Positions 41,774-46,794 of a stretch of DNA of 46,794 bases are shown here, piece after piece. The DNA lies in NCBI GenBank assembly GCA_035692745.1, contig DASSHR010000322.1:1-46794 (forward strand), written 5' to 3'. The stretch comes from Candidatus Limnocylindrales bacterium. GTDB taxonomy: Bacteria; Chloroflexota; Limnocylindria; Limnocylindrales; CSP1-4. A program made the position numbers and the translations under genes. The notes beneath the pieces are model-generated. The model saw nothing but the letters and a program-made list of their open reading frames with translations, searched no databases and had not been told where the DNA came from. How positions within the stretch are numbered: the stretch's first letter is position 1; every line of letters begins with the position of its first letter.

Positions 41774-42849
41774 CCGCCGGCTCGATCGCCGCGGCCGTTC
41801 GGCGCGGGCCGCGCTGGCCGCGCACGGCAGCCGAGATGGTCCGCGCCGCGGCGCTGACGAGCCTGTTCGTGGCGATCCTGCTCGCCTTCCTGTCGCCCCT
41901 CGCGTACTCGGCGATCACGTCGCTGAAGACGCCGACCCAGATCACCCAGCCGAACTCGCCGGTCCTGCCCTCCGACCCGGCCACGTTCACCTACCAGGGC
42001 AAGGAGCTCAACGTCTACTTCGTGCCGCTGCCCGATGGGAGCATCCGGCAGCTCGCGCTGCTCAAGCCCGGCCGAACGCAGAGCACGTTCGTCGATCCGG
42101 CCAGCCCCGACGCGACACCGATCGTGTGGGACGGCTCGTGGCGGACGCTCGAGCAGCCGTGGGAGCTCGCGCCGGTGTGGGACAACTACGGGAAGGTCTG
42201 GGACCTCATCGACTTCCCCGTCCCGCTGCGGAACACGATCCTGATCGCCCTCATCTCGACACTCGGGACGGTGCTGTCGTGCACCCTCGTCGCCTACGGG
42301 TTTGCGCGCTTCCGCTTCCCGGGCAAGGGCCTGCTCTTCACGCTGCTGCTGGCCACCATCTTCCTGCCCGGGGCGGTGACGCTGATCCCCACCTACGCCA
42401 TCTTCGCCAAGATCGGCTGGGTCGGCAGCTGGCTCCCGATCCTCGTGCCCGCGTTCTTCGCCAACGCGTACGACGTGTTCCTGTTGCGCCAGTACCTGCT
42501 CACGATCCCGCGCGACCTCGACGAAGCCGCCGCGATCGACGGCGCCGGCTCGCTCCGGATCCTGCGCTCGGTGATCCTGCCCCAGGCGTGGCCCGTGATC
42601 ATCGCGGTGACGATCTTCACGTTCGTGTATTCGTGGAACGACTTCTTCGGGCCGCTCATCTACCTCGCCGGCCACGAGGAGCTGCAGCCGCTCCAGGTGG
42701 CGCTGGCGCGGTTCCATGGCATCTACTACCAGAACCCGGCGTACATCCAGGCGGGCAACCTGATGACGATGATCGTGCCGCTGCTGCTGTTCGTGATGTT
42801 CCAGCGGGTGTTCATCCGGGGCATCGTGATCACCGGCGTCGAGAAGTAG
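41770..42849 (+). CDS. CUT1 ABC transporter permease (MalG-like, with long first external loop)
   Basis: Real part of ORF 40927..42849 from ATG 41770 (ATGA overlap). EAA loop DLDEAAAIDGAGSLRILRSVILPQ. Confidence 0.85.
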   Translation: MTAGSIAAAVRRGPRWPRTAAEMVRAAALTSLFVAILLAFLSPLAYSAITSLKTPTQITQPNSPVLPSDPATFTYQGKELNVYFVPLPDGSIRQLALLKPGRTQSTFVDPASPDATPIVWDGSWRTLEQPWELAPVWDNYGKVWDLIDFPVPLRNTILIALISTLGTVLSCTLVAYGFARFRFPGKGLLFTLLLATIFLPGAVTLIPTYAIFAKIGWVGSWLPILVPAFFANAYDVFLLRQYLLTIPRDLDEAAAIDGAGSLRILRSVILPQAWPVIIAVTIFTFVYSWNDFFGPLIYLAGHEELQPLQVALARFHGIYYQNPAYIQAGNLMTMIVPLLLFVMFQRVFIRGIVITGVEK

Positions 42850-42853
42850 CCGG

Positions 42854-43627
42854 ATGGCGAAGGTAACCGGCACGGCCAGAGCGGGCCGCACGGCCAGGAC
42901 GGGCCGCACGGCCAGGACGGGCCGGGCCAAGGCCGGCGCGAGGTCCGCGCCCGCGCCGTTCCGGGTCGCGCTGACGTTCGACGCCGAGCATCCGGATCGG
43001 CCGTCGGCGGCCGGTGTCCAGGAGCGGCTGCTGGACCTCCTGGCCCGTCACGACGTGCGATCGACGTTCTTCGTGCAGGGCCGCTGGGCCGAGGCGTATC
43101 CGCGCACCGCGCGCCGGATCCCGGACGAGGGCCACCTCGTCGGGAGCCATTCCCACTACCACGCCCGGATGCCGCTGCTGAACGTGCGCGGCCTGCGCTC
43201 CGACCTCGCGGATGCGCAGCAAGCCGTCCTCGACGCGAGCGGGGCTGACCCGCGGCCGTGGTTCCGTTGTCCGTTCGGGGCCGGCGCGACGGACGCGCGG
43301 GTCCAGCGCATCGTGCGCGAGGCGGGCTATCGGCACGTGGGCTGGCACGTCGCCGGCATCGACTGGCCGGTCGAGCGGACCGGCAAGGACGTCGAGGAGC
43401 AGATCGTGGCCGGCGCGCTCGCCCACGGCGACGGGACCGTGGTGCTGCTGCACACGTGGCCGGATCGAGCCGAGGGCGCCATCCCGGGCGTCATCGCCCG
43501 GCTTCGGGACGCCGGCGCGGCGTTCGTCCGGGTCGACGAGCTGCCGGACGAGCTCATCCCCGAGATCGAGGTGGACGACGCGGTCTTCGTCCCGTCCGCG
43601 CCGACGACAGCGGCGCCGACCGCGTGA
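42854..43627 (+). CDS. Polysaccharide/oligosaccharide deacetylase (NodB homology, CE4)
   Basis: ATG 42854. NodB blocks VALTFDAEHP, HLVGSHSHYH, RPWFRCPFG, VLLHTW. There is no signal peptide. The N-terminus is Arg-rich and built from repeats. Confidence 0.85.
   Translation: MAKVTGTARAGRTARTGRTARTGRAKAGARSAPAPFRVALTFDAEHPDRPSAAGVQERLLDLLARHDVRSTFFVQGRWAEAYPRTARRIPDEGHLVGSHSHYHARMPLLNVRGLRSDLADAQQAVLDASGADPRPWFRCPFGAGATDARVQRIVREAGYRHVGWHVAGIDWPVERTGKDVEEQIVAGALAHGDGTVVLLHTWPDRAEGAIPGVIARLRDAGAAFVRVDELPDELIPEIEVDDAVFVPSAPTTAAPTA
42871..42924 (+). repeat. In-frame 18-bp x3 tandem repeat at the 5' end of the deacetylase gene
   Basis: cacggccagagcgggccg / cacggccaggacgggccg / cacggccaggacgggccg, encoding TARAGR/TARTGR/TARTGR. 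Confidence 0.85.
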
Positions 43628-44652
43628 CCGCGGCGGGTGCCGGCGCGCGGGCGGCGGTCCTCGCGGTCGATGGCGGCAATTCCAAGGCAGATCTCGCCCT
43701 CGTCGCGGCCGACGGGACGCTCCTCGCCGCGGTCCACGGGCCGTCGATCTCGCACCAGGCGGTCGGGCTCGAGACGGGCATGGCGAACCTCGAGGCGCTG
43801 GCGCGGCGTGCGGCGGACGCGGCGGGCCTGGCGCGCGATCTGCGGCCGATCGCGGAGCGGGCCGTGCATTGCCTTGCCGGTGCGGACTACCCGGAGGACG
43901 TCCGCCTCCTGCAACGGGCCATCCGCGCGCTCGGGCTGAGCACGACGCTGGAGATTCGGAATGACACGTTCGGTGCCCTGCGCGCCGGGACGCACCGGCC
44001 GTGGGGCGTGGTGCTCATCTGCGGCCGCGGCGTGAACGGCGCGGGCGTGGCGCCGAACGGGAAGACGATCCGGTTCGACGGGGTCGGCACGTACAGCGGC
44101 GACTGGGGCGGTGGGGGTGGCATCGGGCTGGCGGCGATCGCCGCGGCCGTCCGCGGCCGCGACGGGCGGGGTCCGCGGACGCGCCTGGAGCGGGACGTGC
44201 CCGCCTTCTTCGGCGTGGCGTCACCGCCGGCGATGACGAAAGCGCTGTACCTCGAGCAGATCCCGCGCGGGCGGATCACCGAGCTCGCGCCGCTCGTGTT
44301 CCAAGCCGCGGCCGATGGCGATGGCGTCGCCCGCGGGATCCTCGACCGGCTGGCCGACGAGCTGGTGGCGATGGCCACCGCGCTGATCCACCGGCTGCGG
44401 CTGGCCCACCTCGATCCCGAGGTCGTGCTCGCCGGCGGCGTGTTCCGGAATCAGGACCAGGCGTTCCACGATCGACTGGAGGCCGGGATCCACGCCGTTG
44501 CGCCGCGCGCCGAGCTGCGGCGGCTGGCGGCGCCGCCCGTGCTCGGCGCGGCCCTGATCGGGTTGGACGCCGCGACGGACGGCGGCTCGACCCCGCCAGG
44601 CGCCGAGGCCAGGCTCCGTCGCGCGCTGGAGACCTGGGCCGGCGCCGCGTGA
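43624..44652 (+). CDS. BadF/BadG/BcrA/BcrD-type ATPase (N-acetylglucosamine-kinase-like sugar kinase)
   Basis: Real part of ORF 43258..44652 from GTG 43624 (GTGA overlap). Sequence features: AVLAVDGGNSKADLALV, LICGRGVNGAGV, VVLAGGVFRNQ. Confidence 0.8.
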   Translation: MTAAGAGARAAVLAVDGGNSKADLALVAADGTLLAAVHGPSISHQAVGLETGMANLEALARRAADAAGLARDLRPIAERAVHCLAGADYPEDVRLLQRAIRALGLSTTLEIRNDTFGALRAGTHRPWGVVLICGRGVNGAGVAPNGKTIRFDGVGTYSGDWGGGGGIGLAAIAAAVRGRDGRGPRTRLERDVPAFFGVASPPAMTKALYLEQIPRGRITELAPLVFQAAADGDGVARGILDRLADELVAMATALIHRLRLAHLDPEVVLAGGVFRNQDQAFHDRLEAGIHAVAPRAELRRLAAPPVLGAALIGLDAATDGGSTPPGAEARLRRALETWAGAA

Positions 44653-44662
44653 AGGACGAGCG

Positions 44663-45721
44663 GTGACGCTCCTCGACGAGATCCGCGAGCAGCCGGACGC
44701 TGCGGCACGGTTCCTGGACCGCCAGCTCCCGCGGCTCCCGGCGATCGCCGCCGCGGCGCGACGTCACGCTCCGAAGCTCGTGCTCATCGCGGCCCGCGGC
44801 TCCTCGGACCACGCGGCGATCTACGCGCAGTACGTCCTGGGCATCCGCAACGGGCTGCCCGTCGCCCTCGCCGCGCCCTCGATGTTCTCGCTGTTCGCCG
44901 CGCCGCCGCGCCTCGCCGACGCGCTCGTCATCGGCATCTCCCAGTCGGGCCAATCGCCGGACATCGTGGCCGTGCTCGAGGAAGCGAAGCGCCAGGGTGC
45001 GCCGTCGATCGCGATCACGAACACGGAGGGCTCGCCGCTCGCGGACGCGGCGGATCACGTGCTTCTGCTCGGAGCCGGCGAGGAGCGGGCCGTCGCGGCC
45101 ACGAAGACGTACACGACCGAGCTGCTGGCGATCGCGGCGCTGTCCGCCTCGCTCGTACGGGCGGCGACGATGCCGAGCTCGATGCACGTCCAGGCAGAGG
45201 CGGAGCTTCGTGCCGTGCCCGCCGCCATCGCGGTGGCGCTGCAGACGGAGGACGCTGCACGCGACCGCGCCGGACGTCTGGCCTGGAACGAGCCGCGCGC
45301 GATCGTGCTCGGGCGCGGGTTCGAGTACGGCACCGCGCGCGAGATCGCGCTGAAGCTCCAGGAGCTGGCGCAGGTCCTGGCCCACGCCTGGTCGTCGTCG
45401 GACTTCGAGCATGGCCCGCTCGCGCTGCTGGAGCCGGGCTTCCCGGTCATCGCGATCGTCTCGGACGACGTCGCGGGCGCCGCGCTCGTGCCGCTCCTCC
45501 ATCGGCTGCGCGACGAGCACGGTGCGGACCTCGTCGTCCTCAGCCGGCGTGCCGACACGGCGGCCTTCGACCCACTCCCCCTGCCCGCCGGCGCTCCCGC
45601 CTGGCTGGCGCCGATCTCCTCGATCGTGCCCGGCCAGCTCCTCGCCTACCACCTCGCCCGTGCGCGCGGCCTCGACACCGAGCATCCGCGCGCGATCGCC
45701 AAGGTGACCCGGACCCGCTGA
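44663..45721 (+). CDS. Double-SIS-domain protein (GlmS isomerase-domain-like; glucosamine-6-P deaminase/ketoamine deglycase type)
   Basis: GTG 44663. First SIS domain: LIAARGSSDHAA, VIGISQSGQSPD, ITNTEGSPLA. Second SIS domain: VLGRGFEYGTAREIALKLQE. Confidence 0.85.
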   Translation: MTLLDEIREQPDAAARFLDRQLPRLPAIAAAARRHAPKLVLIAARGSSDHAAIYAQYVLGIRNGLPVALAAPSMFSLFAAPPRLADALVIGISQSGQSPDIVAVLEEAKRQGAPSIAITNTEGSPLADAADHVLLLGAGEERAVAATKTYTTELLAIAALSASLVRAATMPSSMHVQAEAELRAVPAAIAVALQTEDAARDRAGRLAWNEPRAIVLGRGFEYGTAREIALKLQELAQVLAHAWSSSDFEHGPLALLEPGFPVIAIVSDDVAGAALVPLLHRLRDEHGADLVVLSRRADTAAFDPLPLPAGAPAWLAPISSIVPGQLLAYHLARARGLDTEHPRAIAKVTRTR

Positions 45722-45760
45722 GCGAGCCCGGATCCGCTGAGCGAGCCCCGGCCCGCTCGA
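45708..45760. repeat. 19-bp tandem duplication (2 full + 1 degenerate copy) spanning the stop codon of the SIS gene
   Basis: cccggacccgctgagcgag (45708-26), cccggatccgctgagcgag (45727-45), then ccccggcccgctcga. The first copy contains the TGA at 45719-21. Confidence 0.8.
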
Positions 45761-45834
45761 CCCGCCGGTGCGCCGCCGCGCCGGTCCCGATTCGAAACGA
45801 ATTCCCGCGGCATCCATATCGTGTGCAGGCAGTG

Positions 45835-46401
45835 ATGAACGGCGAACCGCTTCGCGCGATGGTGGCCCGTGCCGCCCGCGGCGACGAGATCGCGTTCGCG
45901 CGCATCGTGGCCGAGCACCACGACGACATGGCTCGCGTCGCGTACGTCATGTGCGGCGAGGTCGATCTCGCCCAGGAAGCGGTCCAGTCCGCCTGGACGA
46001 AGGCCTGGACGCGGCTCGATACGATCCGCGAGGCGGACCGGCTCAAGCCCTGGCTCGTGTCCATTGCCGCGAACGAGGCAAAGCAGCTCGTGCGCAGCCG
46101 GTCACGCCGGCGCGTCCGCGAGATCCCGATGCCCGAGAGCCCGGCGGACGGGCCCGAGCCGTTCGCGACGAACCGCATTGGATCCGATCCGGCCGATCGC
46201 GTCGTCGACCTCGACCTCGCGGCGGCCCTCATGACCCTCGACGACACCGACCGGACGCTGGTCGCCCTGCGCTATGCGGCCGGCCTGACGTCCGACGAGA
46301 TCGGCCGCGTCATCGGCATGACCGGCGGCGGCGTCCGGGCTCGCCTTGCCCGACTCCTCGACCGACTTCGAAGGGAGCTCCACGATGACGACCCAGCCTG
46401 A
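45835..46401 (+). CDS. ECF-type RNA polymerase sigma factor (sigma-70 family, group 4)
   Basis: ORF 45823..46401; ATG 45835 preferred. Region 2 block FARIVAEHHDDMARVAYVMCG...AQEAVQSAWTKAW. Region 4 HTH LVALRYAAGLTSDEIGRVIGMTGGGVRARLARLLDRL. Confidence 0.85.
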   Translation: MNGEPLRAMVARAARGDEIAFARIVAEHHDDMARVAYVMCGEVDLAQEAVQSAWTKAWTRLDTIREADRLKPWLVSIAANEAKQLVRSRSRRRVREIPMPESPADGPEPFATNRIGSDPADRVVDLDLAAALMTLDDTDRTLVALRYAAGLTSDEIGRVIGMTGGGVRARLARLLDRLRRELHDDDPA

Positions 46402-46794
46402 CGACCCGATCGATGCGGCCGAGGCGCAGTTCGCGCGCCGGGTCCGCGATTACACGCAGCCGGCGGTCGTGCCGGTCGACCACGCCCGGATCGCGGCGAC
46501 CGCGAGCGGCGGCGGCTCGCGCGGATCGCGCGCCGGCGGTGGCCGCTTTGCGTGGCTCGCGCTCGGTGCCGCCGCCGTCGCGGGGGTCGCAGCGGTCGTG
46601 TTCCTCCTGCGGACCCCGAGCAACCCGAACGTCGGTGCTGCGACGGCGACCGTGCCCGGCGCGGCGATGGAGGGCTGCACCGCGAGCGTCCTCGAGGCCA
46701 CGGTCGGCAGCTGGGAAGGCGCCGCCGGGCACCGGATCGGCACGCTGACCCTCACCAACACCGGCGGCGCCGCGTGCGTCCTGTCGGGCACGCC
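46385..46794 (+). CDS. Putative anti-sigma / membrane protein with DUF4232-like extracytoplasmic domain (3' end outside window)
   Basis: This frame is absent from the ORF track because it has no stop in the window. ATG 46385 overlaps the sigma gene by 17 nt. Translation: MTTQPDDPIDAAEAQFARRVRDY..., TM helix FAWLALGAAAVAGVAAVVFLL, then CTASVLEATVGSWEGAAGHRIGTLTLTNTGGAACVLSG, typical of DUF4232. Confidence 0.6.
   Translation, partial: MTTQPDDPIDAAEAQFARRVRDYTQPAVVPVDHARIAATASGGGSRGSRAGGGRFAWLALGAAAVAGVAAVVFLLRTPSNPNVGAATATVPGAAMEGCTASVLEATVGSWEGAAGHRIGTLTLTNTGGAACVLSGT

Overview
This is a very GC-rich bacterial chromosomal segment. Its gene content and gene grammar look Actinomycetota-like: many GTG/TTG starts, 4-nt start/stop overlaps, leaderless-looking promoters, F420/LLM, ROK, MsiK-less CUT1 transporter and ECF sigma. 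The phylum cannot be proven from this window. I resolve about 43 protein-coding genes. I find no rRNA or tRNA, no CRISPR, and no transposase, integrase or phage genes. Most long ORFs in the six-frame track are antisense or alternative-frame artefacts of the GC content (Arg/Pro/Ala/Gly-rich), and I trimmed or discarded them. Gene blocks in order: (1) a partial UvrA-like ATPase, an M20 amidohydrolase and a secreted anchored protein. (2) A xylose locus with an epimerase/hydrolase, xylA-xylB, a convergent xylF/H/G-like CUT2 ABC transporter and a ROK regulator. (3) A four-gene operon: SDR, Gfo/Idh/MocA, M24-like and a CRTAC1-type FG-GAP/ASPIC protein. (4) A redox island: an RnfD/NqrB-like membrane protein, an AhpD-like protein, then a translationally coupled unit of small TM protein, ApbE, ferric-reductase-type dihaem protein, NuoF-like protein and ferredoxin, followed by a BBE-type FAD oxidase. 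(5) A GlsB-family protein, then a large LAL/LuxR ATPase regulator co-transcribed with a ferredoxin-fused class III nucleotide cyclase, divergent from a Rieske oxygenase. (6) An ABM-ABM-PAS protein, then an RlpA-like secreted protein behind a structured low-GC leader. (7) A MerR-vWA pair with a near-consensus leaderless promoter. (8) A divergent amino-sugar/disaccharide island: GH4 ChbF-like, MFS and LLM on one side, and GntR/HutC, CUT1 ABC, CE4 deacetylase, BadF-type kinase and SIS deaminase-like on the other. (9) An ECF sigma and a partial DUF4232-type anti-sigma. The most unusual items are the ApbE/FRD/NuoF-like/ferredoxin module, which lacks a canonical FMN_bind substrate, the ferredoxin-cyclase fusion next to the LAL regulator, the candidate riboswitch-like leader, and a recurrent set of short tandem duplications (8 to 21 bp) at gene boundaries. 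Start codons were chosen by eye from motifs, overlaps and codon style, so they are approximate. No database search or folding computation was possible.
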